DNA of 64,000 bases, from NCBI GenBank assembly GCA_021798115.1, contig JAJZYM010000008.1:3709-67708 (forward strand), written 5' to 3'. The translations under genes were made by a program, and so were the position numbers. The stretch is from Pseudomonadota bacterium. GTDB lineage: Bacteria; Pseudomonadota; Gammaproteobacteria; JAKAQQ01. The notes below the pieces were generated by a model, which did no database searches, was not told the origin of the DNA, and saw nothing but the letters and a program-made list of their open reading frames with translations. Positions 27,743-36,950 of this stretch are shown here, one piece after another (the stretch's first letter is position 1; every line of letters begins with the position of its first letter).

Positions 27743-29567
27743 GGAGACTCCGGTAAACCCTCTCGGCAAGGGTCCGGTGGAATCCCGGCACACGGGCGAT
27801 GTCTTCCACCCCCGCGCGCGCGAGATCGTGCAATCCCCCAAAGTGTACGAGAAGCGCCCGGCGCCGTTTGGGCCCGAGACCCGGAACCCCCTCGAGGGCC
27901 GAGGCCCCGGCACGGCGGCGGAGCCTCCGGCGGTGACCCTGGATCGCGAAACGGTGGGCCTCGTCCCGAAGGCGCTGGAGGAAGTGGACGACCGGGCTGT
28001 GGGGATCGAGAGAGAGAGGCTCGTCGTGAGCCGTGCCGTAGATCTTCTCCTCCCCGACCTTGCGCGCCGGGCCCTTGGCGATGGCCAGGATCGAGACGCG
28101 CCCCTCGAGCCCGAGCTCGGCGAGGACGCGGAGGGCGACGTCGCGCTGGCGGAGTCCTCCGTCGATGAGGAGGAGATCCGGCCGCCCCTCCCCTCCGGCG
28201 TCCCCGGCATCGTCCCCCCCGCGCGGACGGAGGGCCCGGCGAAGGGCTTCCTCGAGGGCGTGGTAGTCATCCCCCGGTCCGGCCGTGCGGATGTTGTAGC
28301 GCCGGTAGGCGTCCTTGAGAAGCCCTTCGGGCCCCGCCACCACACACGAGGCCACCGTGGCCTCCCCTCCCGTGTGGCTCACGTCGAAGCAGGCCACGCG
28401 CTGAAGGGGGTGCGGAGCCGAGACGAGAGCGGTGAGCTCGTCGAGGATCCCCCGCTGGAGGGCCTCCCCGGCGTGCCGGAGGACGAGGGCGTGGAGAGCG
28501 TTCTCCTCGACCATGGCCACCCAGCGGCGGCGGTCCCCGCGATGCCCGGCGGTGAGACGCGGGGCCGTCCCCCGCTCCTTGCCGAGAGCCTCGGCCACGG
28601 CGGCCGCGTCCGGGAGCGGGCGGTCGAGAACGATCTCGGGAGGGGGCGGATCCCCCGCGGCGTAGTGTTGGAGAAGGAAGGTGCGGAGAGTGTCCTCCGC
28701 GGTCTCCTCGAGTCCTCCCCGGGCCGGATAGCTCCACGTCCCGAGGGTGCGCCCGGAGCGGATCCGCATGAGAGCGACCGCCCGGAGCGGAGGACGCTCG
28801 GCAAGAGCGATCACGTCGAGATCGCCTCCGCGACGGCTCACGATCTGATGGGTCTGGATCTGACGGATCTGGAGGATCCGGTCGCGGATCTCGGCCGATT
28901 TCTCGAACTCGTAGCGTGCCGCCGCCTCGGTCATCTCGGCGTGGAGAGCATCGAGAATGTCGTGGGTGTTCCCCTCGAGGAAGCGGACGGCCTGGCCGAC
29001 GGCCTCGGCGTAGGCCTCGGGGCTGATGAGTCCCACGCAGGGGGCCGAGCAGTGTCCGATCTCGTACTGGAGGCAGGGCCGGTGGCGGTTGGTGAAGAAG
29101 CGGTCGTTGCAGTTCCGGAGCCGGAAGAAACGCGAGAGTTGCTGGAGCGTCTGGCGGACGGCCGGAGGATGGGGGTAGGGACCGAAGCAGCGGCCGCTCG
29201 GCCGGCGCGCGCGGTAGAGGACGAAGCGGGGGAACCCGAGCGTCTCGACGAGGCGGATGTAGGGGTAGCTCTTGTCGTCGCGGAAAATGATGTTGTAACG
29301 CGGCCGGTGGTGCTTGATGAGGTTGCTCTCGAGGAGGAGGGCCTCGGCCGAGCTCGCCGTCACCGTGATCTCGACGTCCCCCACCTGGGCGAGAAGACGA
29401 CGGATCCGTGGGCCCAACCTCTCGGGATGGGCGTAGCTCTGAAGGCGCGTGCGGAGGCGATCGGCCTTGCCGACGTAGAGCACCTCCCCCGAGGCGTCGA
29501 GCATGCGGTAGACCCCCGGAAGCCGGGGGGCGCGGGCCACGAGGCGGCGGAAACTCTCGGAATCCAC
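27723..29567 (-). CDS. uvrC: Excinuclease ABC subunit C
   Basis: The GIY-YIG N-terminus is PGVYRMLDASGEVLYVGKADRLRTRLQSY, and the C-terminal region has helix-hairpin-helix character. The ~200-aa GC-rich leader of the track ORF is rejected. The start was trimmed to a GTG at 29567, which is approximate. Confidence 0.85.
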   Translation of the reverse strand: MDSESFRRLVARAPRLPGVYRMLDASGEVLYVGKADRLRTRLQSYAHPERLGPRIRRLLAQVGDVEITVTASSAEALLLESNLIKHHRPRYNIIFRDDKSYPYIRLVETLGFPRFVLYRARRPSGRCFGPYPHPPAVRQTLQQLSRFFRLRNCNDRFFTNRHRPCLQYEIGHCSAPCVGLISPEAYAEAVGQAVRFLEGNTHDILDALHAEMTEAAARYEFEKSAEIRDRILQIRQIQTHQIVSRRGGDLDVIALAERPPLRAVALMRIRSGRTLGTWSYPARGGLEETAEDTLRTFLLQHYAAGDPPPPEIVLDRPLPDAAAVAEALGKERGTAPRLTAGHRGDRRRWVAMVEENALHALVLRHAGEALQRGILDELTALVSAPHPLQRVACFDVSHTGGEATVASCVVAGPEGLLKDAYRRYNIRTAGPGDDYHALEEALRRALRPRGGDDAGDAGGEGRPDLLLIDGGLRQRDVALRVLAELGLEGRVSILAIAKGPARKVGEEKIYGTAHDEPLSLDPHSPVVHFLQRLRDEAHRFAIQGHRRRLRRRAGASALEGVPGLGPKRRRALLVHFGGLHDLARAGVEDIARVPGFHRTLAERVYRSLHDEPPA

Positions 29568-29578
29568 GAGGGCGGGTC

Positions 29579-31105
29579 TCAGGCGACCGCGAAAGGATGG
29601 ACCGAGGTCTCGCCGCTCCGGGGATCGTGCCGGAGAATCCGGTGCCGGTTGGTCTCGGCAATCCAGACGAAGCCCTCCGGATCGACGGCGATCCCCCCGG
29701 GCTCTTCGAGACCGTCGAGGATCCTCGTGCTCGTTCCCCGGACGGGATCGAGGATCTTGATCGCCCCATTGTACGTGTCTGCCACCCAGACCCGGCCGTC
29801 GGCCCAGGCGACGGCGAGGGGGTGCTGGAGGGCCGTTTTCGCCAAGGGGCCGTCGCGGTCGCCGAAATCGAAGAGGCCCGTTCCGACCAGGGTCGAGACC
29901 CCACCCGTCCGCGGATCGAAGAGGCGGACGGCCGAGGTTTCGGCGTCGGCAATAAAGAGCCGTATCCCATCGGTGCCAAGCCCCGAGGGCTGGGCCAGGG
30001 CGGCGGCGGCCGCGGGCCCATCGACGATGTCCTCCCGTCCGCTCCCTGCGCGGCAGTGGAGAAGCTCTCGCCGCGGGTCGTAGCTCCAGACCTGGTGGCA
30101 ACCCGCCATCGCGATGAAAATCTCGCCCGCGACGTGCGCGAGATCCCAGGGGGAGGCGAGCGAGCTCGTGCGGGCCGGTCGCGGAGGGCTTCCGGGCCGG
30201 AAGCTGGGCTCAAAGCCCCGCGCGCCGGTCCCGGCGAGGGTCCGCACGGATCCGTCTTCGAGATCGACCGCGCGCAGAAGGTGGTTCCCGCGATCCGCGA
30301 CGTAGAGCGTGCCTCCCACCCGCACGAGACCCTGGGGGTCGCGGAAGGAGGCCCGAGCCGCGGGCCCATCCTCCGCACCGGGGCGGCCGGACCCGAACCG
30401 GCGCACGGTCCCGGCCCTCCGATCGAGGACAAGAAGCCGGTGGTGGCCGCTGTCCGCGACCGCGAGGATCTCCTCGTCGACGGTGATCTTGCCCGGATAG
30501 GCCAGGGACCCCGGAGGCGCTGTGGCCTCCGGAGGGTAGTCCGCCGGGGCGCGGACGAGCGTCGGGCTCTTCGGGACGAGGGTGTCGAGCAAGCGGGCGA
30601 TCACCGCGCCCTGGCCCTCCCCGGCGCCCACGTGCACGAGGACGCCCCCGGGATCGACGAGCGCAAGCGTCGGCCAGGCGCGCACACCGTAGCGACGCCA
30701 GAGGTCCATCCCGGCGTCGAGGGCGAGGAAATGACGGATCCCGAGGCGGGCTGCGGCCTCGAGCCCCTTGCGCGGGTCCGCTTCCTCGGGGAACTTGGGG
30801 CTCAGGATCCCGACGACGGAGAGAACCTCGGCGTAACGCTCTTCGAGGTCTTCGAGTTCGCGGAGCACGTGAAGACAGTTGATGCAGCAGAACGTCCAGA
30901 AGTCGAGGAGCACGAAACGTCCACGGAAAGAGGCCAGCGGACGCGGCTTGCGCGGCCGGAGCCAGACGAGATCCAGAGGGAACTCGGGGGCGCGCACCGC
31001 CCCGTCGGCCACGGCCTCAGTCCTCGGCGGGGATGGACGTCGCTTCCCCGGGGAGAAGGCCGGACAGCACGGCCGCGCGGAGAAGCTCGGCGGGGTTGCC
31101 GGCAC
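29579..31105 (-). CDS. Thioredoxin-like (CxxC) domain fused to NHL-repeat beta-propeller protein
   Basis: LLDFWTFCCINCLHVLRELEDL is a redoxin CxxC motif. It is followed by repeated ...GTLYVADRGNHLLR.../...IFIADAETSAVRLFD.../...VWVADTYNGAIKILD... NHL-like blades. The true start is probably about 31012, which would avoid overlap with the regulator gene. Confidence 0.7.
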   Translation of the reverse strand: MPATPPSFSARPCCPAFSPGKRRPSPPRTEAVADGAVRAPEFPLDLVWLRPRKPRPLASFRGRFVLLDFWTFCCINCLHVLRELEDLEERYAEVLSVVGILSPKFPEEADPRKGLEAAARLGIRHFLALDAGMDLWRRYGVRAWPTLALVDPGGVLVHVGAGEGQGAVIARLLDTLVPKSPTLVRAPADYPPEATAPPGSLAYPGKITVDEEILAVADSGHHRLLVLDRRAGTVRRFGSGRPGAEDGPAARASFRDPQGLVRVGGTLYVADRGNHLLRAVDLEDGSVRTLAGTGARGFEPSFRPGSPPRPARTSSLASPWDLAHVAGEIFIAMAGCHQVWSYDPRRELLHCRAGSGREDIVDGPAAAAALAQPSGLGTDGIRLFIADAETSAVRLFDPRTGGVSTLVGTGLFDFGDRDGPLAKTALQHPLAVAWADGRVWVADTYNGAIKILDPVRGTSTRILDGLEEPGGIAVDPEGFVWIAETNRHRILRHDPRSGETSVHPFAVA

Positions 31106-31730
31106 CGAGCTTCTGCGAGAGACGGTGGCGGTAGGTGCGCACCGTGGTGGGGCTCAGGTGGAGCCGCTCGGCGATCTCCTGCGTCCCCACTCCCTGACCC
31201 CAGAGTTCGAGAACCTGGATCTCGCGGTGGCTGAGCCGCGGCGGAGCGCCACCGCGACGCTGACGGCTCGTGCCCACGTAGAGGCGGGCGACGTCGGCGC
31301 TGAGGTAAAGGTCATCGCACAGCACGGCGTGGATCGCGCCGACGACCTCGTCGACCGCACAGTCCTTGCTGAGAAACCCGTGGGCCCCGGCCTCGAGGAC
31401 GGCGCTCAGGTACGGCTCCTGATACGAAACCGAGAGGACGATGATGCGCACGCCGGGACAGCGGCGCCGCAGACGCCTCACGGTCTCGAGCCCCCCGAGC
31501 CCCGGCATGTGGAGATCGAGAAGGACGACATCGGCGGGGACACGGCCCAAAAGCGCAAGGGCTTCCTCACCGTTCGCGGCTTCCGCCACGACCTCGATGC
31601 CGGGATCCTGCGCCAGGATCTTGCGGAGCCCGGCGCGGAGAAGGTTGTGGTCGTCGACCACGACGACACGGATGGAGCCCGCCACCCCCGGGGGTTGCAC
31701 ACAGGAATCAGCGGCCACGGACATGCGCAC
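31017..31730 (-). CDS. uvrY: NarL/FixJ-family two-component response regulator (UvrY/GacA-like)
   Basis: The receiver domain is IRVVVVDDHNLLRAGL...DLHMPGLGGLE, followed by a LuxR-type HTH (LSHREIQVLELWGQGVGTQEIAERLHLSPTTVRTYRHR). Its position upstream of uvrC matches enterobacterial uvrY-uvrC synteny. Confidence 0.8.
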   Translation of the reverse strand: MRMSVAADSCVQPPGVAGSIRVVVVDDHNLLRAGLRKILAQDPGIEVVAEAANGEEALALLGRVPADVVLLDLHMPGLGGLETVRRLRRRCPGVRIIVLSVSYQEPYLSAVLEAGAHGFLSKDCAVDEVVGAIHAVLCDDLYLSADVARLYVGTSRQRRGGAPPRLSHREIQVLELWGQGVGTQEIAERLHLSPTTVRTYRHRLSQKLGAGNPAELLRAAVLSGLLPGEATSIPAED

Positions 31731-31848
31731 GTCCTCCCACGCCCGAGGGTCCCCGAGCCACGCTCGTCAAGATCCCTAGTCTAGCCCGCTCCGAACGGCC
31801 GGGCGCGACTCCCCCCGGACCCCCGTCCCAGACCGGCACGCCTCCTTC

Positions 31849-32684
31849 TCACCGGACCAGACCCGTCCCAAGAATTTTGAACCCCCCTGCCCTTCGGCGG
31901 ACGGGCTTCTCGAACATCCTCGCCTGTAGAGGCTCTCGCCCCTGCCCACCAAAACCACCTGCAGGCGACCGGGATCCCGAGCGAGGACCCCGATCGATGG
32001 GGCCGGTTCGCGGTTGAAGACGGGCGTCCCGAAGAGCTCGACTGTGGCGAATGCGGCCGCGTGGTGCGGCGGAGTGCTCACTTGTCTCCGGGAGGGGCCG
32101 TCGCCTCCCCGGGCAGGATTCCCGCAACGACCGCCACCCGCAGAAGTTCGGCGGTGCTCCGTGTCCCAAACTTCTGGCACGGGCGGTGACGTAGGTCCGG
32201 ACGGGGGTCGTGCTCACGTGAAGCCGCTCCGCGATCTCCTGGGTGCCTACCCCCTGGCCCCAGAGCTCGAGCACCTGGAGTTCACGGTGACTCAGACGGG
32301 GGGAACTCCCCGGTGCGGACGACGACCCCCGACGTAGTGATACGCCACGTCCGGGCTCAGATCGAGCCGGTCCTCGAGCACCGCGTGGACGGCCCGGGGA
32401 ACCTCGTCGGCCGCACCGTCCTTGCTGAGCAAACCGTGAGCCCCAGCCTCGAGAACCGTGCTGAGGTACGGCTCCGGACAGGAGACGGAGATCACGATGA
32501 CACGGACGTCGGGGTCCTGGTCGGGAATCCGCCGGAGCCCCACACGGAGGAGATTACGGTCGTCCACCACGAGGACCCGGACGGGCCCCTTGGGCGGAGG
32601 AAACCCCACCGAACGGTCGGCACTCGCGGGCCTCGACGTTGCTCGTCTCAGAGCCCGTTGCGGGGCGCAGGACCCGGGATTCAC
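31849..32684 (-). pseudogene. Decayed tandem duplicate of the UvrY-like response regulator gene (internal deletion plus frame disruption)
   Basis: Two ORF fragments (32292-32684 and 31849-32274) carry VRVLVVDDRNLLRVGLRR...EAGAHGLLSKD and LELWGQGVGTQEIAERLHVSTTPVRTY respectively. The DNA is homologous to 31141-31700. The central part of the receiver domain is missing. Confidence 0.55.
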
Positions 32685-33062
32685 CGGCAGCCGCGCACGC
32701 CTGCGGATTTAAGGGGATACCGAAAAAGTTGGCAACAGTCTCTCGGAAACAGCCCCTCGCTCCACAGCGATCCACCGTCCTCCCGAGCCGAGGCCCGGGA
32801 GCCCTCCCCCACATGCCGGGCCGATCATTCGCGAGTCTTGAGGAGTGTCCTCGCCTGCCGACAGGCCTATCATGATGGGGGCTCGGCTTTGGCCGCCGCG
32901 TGGGCGGTGACTTCGACTCACGCCGGGCACCATCATTTGCCCTGCAGAAACGATGGACCATTTTCAGCTTCCGGACCGAGAACGGGCTTCTGCAAACCGG
33001 AGACCCAGCCACCCGTCGGCAGCTTTTGACGGACGACTTGGAAACACCATCGGAGAAGACGC

Positions 33063-34103
33063 ATGGTCAGGATCCGCAACAAGAAACACCTCGCCCTGCT
33101 GATTCTGCTTCTGGCACTGGGCATCGGCCTGGTCGCTTGGTGGGCGTATCGCCCCACGGGCACACTCAACACCTTGACCCTCTACGGGAACGTCGACATC
33201 CGCCAGGTGCAGTCGGCCTTCAACGACAACGGTCGGGTGCAAAGGCTCCTGGTGCAGGAAGGGGACCGTGTGACCCGGGGGCAATTGCTGGCGGAGCTGG
33301 ATCCCAGCCGTTTTCGGGATGCCGTCGATCGTGACCGGGCGAGGGTGGCCGCCCAGGAGCAGGTCCTGGCGCGTCTCCTGGCCGGTTCCCGTCCGGAGGA
33401 GATCGCCGAGGCCCGGGCCCGGGTGGCCGCCGCCCGGGCGAAGCTGGAAAATGCCGAGATCATCTGGAAGCGGCAGAAGGCCCTGGCCGCCGAGCAGGAT
33501 GTCACGAGACAGAGCCTGGACGACGCCACCGCCGCTCTCAAGACGGCCCGGGCCGATCTGGATCGTGGCCAAGAGGCCCTCATCCTCGCCCTCAAAGGGC
33601 CACGCCGGGAGGATATTGCGGCGGCCCGAGCCCAACTGCAGGCGGATCGGGCGGCGTTGGCTCTGGCCCGAAGGGAGTTGCAGGACACCAAACTCTACGC
33701 GCCGGAAAACGCCGTCGTGGAGGACCGTATCGTCGAACCCGGAGACATGGTTTCCCCCGACACACCGGTCTTGACCCTGGCTCTCGACAATCCCGTCTGG
33801 GTCCGCGCCTACCTGCGGGAAACGGCGCTCGGGAAGGTGCGGCTGGGCATGCGTGCGGACATCGAGAGCGATTCCTTCCCCGGCAAGCGTTTCGCGGGCT
33901 GGGTCGGTTTCATCTCGCCGACGGCCGAGTTTACCCCGAAGACCGTCGAGACCACCGCCCTGCGGACGGAACTCGTCTACCGGGTTCGCGTGTACGCCTG
34001 CAACCCCCGGCACGAACTGCGCCTGGGCATGCCGGTGACGGTGCGGATTGCCTTGCGGGACAACCCGCCTCAAACCCTCGCCGAGCATCCCTGTGGTCGC
34101 TGA
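33063..34103 (+). CDS. HlyD-family membrane fusion / periplasmic adaptor protein (YbhG-like)
   Basis: An N-terminal transmembrane segment is followed by a long coiled-coil-like Ala/Arg/Glu-rich region and a C-terminal beta-domain. It is the first gene of a ybhGFSR-like operon. Confidence 0.8.
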   Translation: MVRIRNKKHLALLILLLALGIGLVAWWAYRPTGTLNTLTLYGNVDIRQVQSAFNDNGRVQRLLVQEGDRVTRGQLLAELDPSRFRDAVDRDRARVAAQEQVLARLLAGSRPEEIAEARARVAAARAKLENAEIIWKRQKALAAEQDVTRQSLDDATAALKTARADLDRGQEALILALKGPRREDIAAARAQLQADRAALALARRELQDTKLYAPENAVVEDRIVEPGDMVSPDTPVLTLALDNPVWVRAYLRETALGKVRLGMRADIESDSFPGKRFAGWVGFISPTAEFTPKTVETTALRTELVYRVRVYACNPRHELRLGMPVTVRIALRDNPPQTLAEHPCGR

Positions 34104-35838
34104 GACCACCCTCACGAGCCCCCTGCGCCTGGAGGGCGTGCGCAAGCGTTTCCAGCGCGGCAAGGAGTCGGTCCTGGCTCTGGACGGCCTGGATCTGGAT
34201 CTGGCTCCCGGACAGGTGACGGGACTCCTGGGCCCGGACGGGGCCGGCAAGACCACCCTCCTCCGCCTCGCCGCGGGACTCCTGCGCCCTAGTGAAGGGC
34301 GGGTGTTTCTTTTTGGCAGGGAGGGCGGCGCCGAAGACAAAGACCTTCAGGTCAGGATCGGTTACATGCCCCAACGCTTTGGTCTCTACGAAGACTTGAC
34401 GGTGCAGGAGAATCTGGATCTCTACAGCGATCTGCAAGGGCTCGACCCGGAGCAGGCGCGACACCGTCAGGACGAGCTCCTGACACTCACCGCCCTCGGG
34501 CCCTTTGGCAAGCGCCGCGCCGGGGCTCTCTCGGGGGGCATGAAACAGAAGCTGGGTCTGGCCTGCGCCCTCCTCCGCGCCCCGCCGCTCCTGCTCCTGG
34601 ACGAGCCCACGGTGGGGGTGGACCCCATTGCCCGCCGGGAACTCTGGGAGATCGTCCAGGGCCTGCGCGCTGCGGGAACGACGGTGCTCATGAGTACCGC
34701 CTATTTCGACGAGGCCGAGCGCTGCGACAGCCTCGTCCTCCTCCATCAGGGCCGACTGCTCCGGCAAGGAAGTCCGGAACGTTTCACGGAGCCCCTGCGA
34801 GGGCGTTGCTATCGGGTGCGTCACGCCGACGAGCGACGGCGGGCGTTGCGCGAGTCCCTGCAGCAGCGCCCCGGGGTGCGGGATGCACGGATCGTCGCCG
34901 ACGGTGTTCGGGTCCTCACCGGCCCTGAACCCGTGACTCCCGAGGCCGGAGAGCGCTGGGAGCCCATGCCGCCGACTTTTGAAGACGCCTTTGTGGATCT
35001 CTTGGGATCGGGAGGGGCGGGATCCGTCGCCACGGCGTCCGCGGCATCCCCCGTGAGCGTGGGCGACGCGGCGGCCGAGACGGTCGTGGAAGTGAAGGAA
35101 CTGCGGAAATGCTTCGGTCGCTACGAGGCGGTGAAAAGCAGCACCTTTACCGTGCGCCGCGGTGAGATCTTCGGTCTCCTGGGGGCCAACGGGGCCGGCA
35201 AGACCACGACCTTTCGCATGCTCTGCGGTCTTTTGCCTCCGTCGGGCGGCAGCCTGCGGGTGGCCGGCGTCGACATGCGTCGGGCCGGCAGCACGGCCCG
35301 CGCCCGCCTCGGCTACGTGGCGCAGAAATTCGCCCTCTACGGGAACCTCAGCGTCGACCAGAATCTCGCCTTCTTCGCCGCTGCCTACGATCTCGGAGGC
35401 CCGGCCCGGCGCGCGGCCATGGCCCGCGCCCGGGAAGAATTTCAGCTCGCCCCCTACGGCGCCGTCAACGCCGACGACCTGCCTCTCGGCATCAAACAGC
35501 GCCTCGCCCTCGCCTGCGCCTTGCTCCACGAACCGACCATTCTCTTTCTGGACGAGCCCACCTCCGGGGTGGATCCCTTGACGCGCCGGGAGTTCTGGCA
35601 ACGCATCAACGCCCTGGCGGCGCAGGGGGTGACGGTGCTCATCACCACCCACTTCATGGACGAGGCGGAATACTGCGATCGCCTGGTCCTGATGTCCCGG
35701 GGGGCGGTTCTCGCCCAGGGCAGTCCCACCGAACTGAGGACGCTGGCCCAAAGCCCGGACCGTCCCGACCCGAGCATGGAAGAGGCCTTCATCCAGCTCA
35801 TTGAAGCCCACGAGAGCCCCCTCCGGCAGGCCTCATGA
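34048..35838 (+). CDS. ABC transporter ATP-binding protein with two tandem ABC domains (YbhF-like)
   Basis: Two Walker A motifs are present (GPDGAGKTT and GANGAGKTT). Two ABC signature/Walker B regions are present (LSGGMKQKLGLACALL...LLLDEPT and LPLGIKQRLALACALL...LFLDEPTSG). The likely start is GTG at ~34093. Confidence 0.85.
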   Translation: MPCGTTRLKPSPSIPVVAETTLTSPLRLEGVRKRFQRGKESVLALDGLDLDLAPGQVTGLLGPDGAGKTTLLRLAAGLLRPSEGRVFLFGREGGAEDKDLQVRIGYMPQRFGLYEDLTVQENLDLYSDLQGLDPEQARHRQDELLTLTALGPFGKRRAGALSGGMKQKLGLACALLRAPPLLLLDEPTVGVDPIARRELWEIVQGLRAAGTTVLMSTAYFDEAERCDSLVLLHQGRLLRQGSPERFTEPLRGRCYRVRHADERRRALRESLQQRPGVRDARIVADGVRVLTGPEPVTPEAGERWEPMPPTFEDAFVDLLGSGGAGSVATASAASPVSVGDAAAETVVEVKELRKCFGRYEAVKSSTFTVRRGEIFGLLGANGAGKTTTFRMLCGLLPPSGGSLRVAGVDMRRAGSTARARLGYVAQKFALYGNLSVDQNLAFFAAAYDLGGPARRAAMARAREEFQLAPYGAVNADDLPLGIKQRLALACALLHEPTILFLDEPTSGVDPLTRREFWQRINALAAQGVTVLITTHFMDEAEYCDRLVLMSRGAVLAQGSPTELRTLAQSPDRPDPSMEEAFIQLIEAHESPLRQAS

Positions 35839-36950
35839 ATCTCCGGCGCCTGCGCGCGCTCGTCCGCAAGGAGTTCCTGCAGATCCTGCGGGATCCTTCG
35901 GCCATCGCCATCGCGTTTTTCATGCCGGTCTTTCTCCTCCTTCTCTTTGGCTACGGCGTTTCCCTCGACGCCCGCCACATTCCCCTGGCGGTGGTCGTGG
36001 ACCGGCCGACGGCGGAGACCGCCTCCTTCGTGGGTGGCCTCGAGCGGTCGTCGTATTTTGCGCCGAGGTTCTTTCCCGGCATGCGGCAAGCCCGGAGGGC
36101 CCTCGGGAAACGGCGGGTGGACGGGATCGTCTGGCTGCGTTCCCGTTTCAGTCGCCGGATCCTGCGGGGCGAGACGACCTCCATCGGAGTCTTCGTCAAC
36201 GGGGTGGACGCCAACAACGCCCGGATCGTCGAGGGCTATCTCGAAGGGGTCTGGCAGAATTGGCAGGCGCAGCGCGCTCTGGCGGCGGGCCAACCCCTGG
36301 TCGTCCCGGTGAAGGGCCAAGAGCGGATCTGGTTCAACCCCGCCCTGCGAAGCCGGGATTATCTGGTTCCGGGACTGATCGCGGTGATCATGACCCTGAT
36401 CGGGGCTCTGCTCACGGCCCTCGTGGTCGCCCGGGAGTGGGAGCGGGGCACCATGGAGGCGCTGATGGCGACCCCGGCGCAGATGACCGAGATCCTCCTC
36501 GGCAAACTGATCCCGTATTACGTCATGGGCATGGGCGGCATGCTGCTCTCGGTGGCGATGGCGGTCGGACTCTTTGACGTTCCGTTGCGCGGAAGCTTCG
36601 CGGTCCTGCTCCTGGTCTCGACCCTCTTTCTCCTGGTCGCCCTGGGCATGGGGCTTCTCATCTCCAGCGTGGCGCGCAACCAATTCGTCGCCGGCCAGAT
36701 CGCCATCGTCGTGACGTTCCTGCCCGCCTTCATCCTCTCGGGTTTCATTTTCTATATCCCGTCCATGCCCGCGCCGATCCGGATCCTCACCCACCTCGTC
36801 GCCGCCCGCTACTTCGTGAGCATCCTTCAGACCCTCTTTCTGGCGGGCGACGTCTGGCCCGTCATCCTCGGCAACAGCCTGGCCCTCACGCTCATGGCGA
36901 TCTTCTTTCTCGGCCTGACCCTGCGCCGCTCCCACAAGAGGCTGGACTGA
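35835..36950 (+). CDS. ABC-2 family transporter permease (YbhS-like)
   Basis: MNLRRLRALVRKEFLQILRDPS is a typical ABC-2 N-terminus, and six predicted transmembrane segments follow. Its start overlaps the ATPase stop. Confidence 0.8.
   Translation: MNLRRLRALVRKEFLQILRDPSAIAIAFFMPVFLLLLFGYGVSLDARHIPLAVVVDRPTAETASFVGGLERSSYFAPRFFPGMRQARRALGKRRVDGIVWLRSRFSRRILRGETTSIGVFVNGVDANNARIVEGYLEGVWQNWQAQRALAAGQPLVVPVKGQERIWFNPALRSRDYLVPGLIAVIMTLIGALLTALVVAREWERGTMEALMATPAQMTEILLGKLIPYYVMGMGGMLLSVAMAVGLFDVPLRGSFAVLLLVSTLFLLVALGMGLLISSVARNQFVAGQIAIVVTFLPAFILSGFIFYIPSMPAPIRILTHLVAARYFVSILQTLFLAGDVWPVILGNSLALTLMAIFFLGLTLRRSHKRLD

Noticed and set aside
27312-31234. 923-, 721- and 608-aa ORFs overlapping uvrC and the Trx-NHL gene, plus the ~200-aa N-terminal leader on the uvrC track ORF
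   Set aside because: UvrC and the NHL protein account for the coding capacity. The alternative frames are low-complexity. The uvrC leader precedes the conserved GIY-YIG start and overlaps the upstream gene.
33931-36935. 626-aa and 493-aa ORFs antisense to the ABC ATPase and permease genes
   Set aside because: They are antisense to an operon with unambiguous Walker and ABC-2 signatures. No motifs were recognised.
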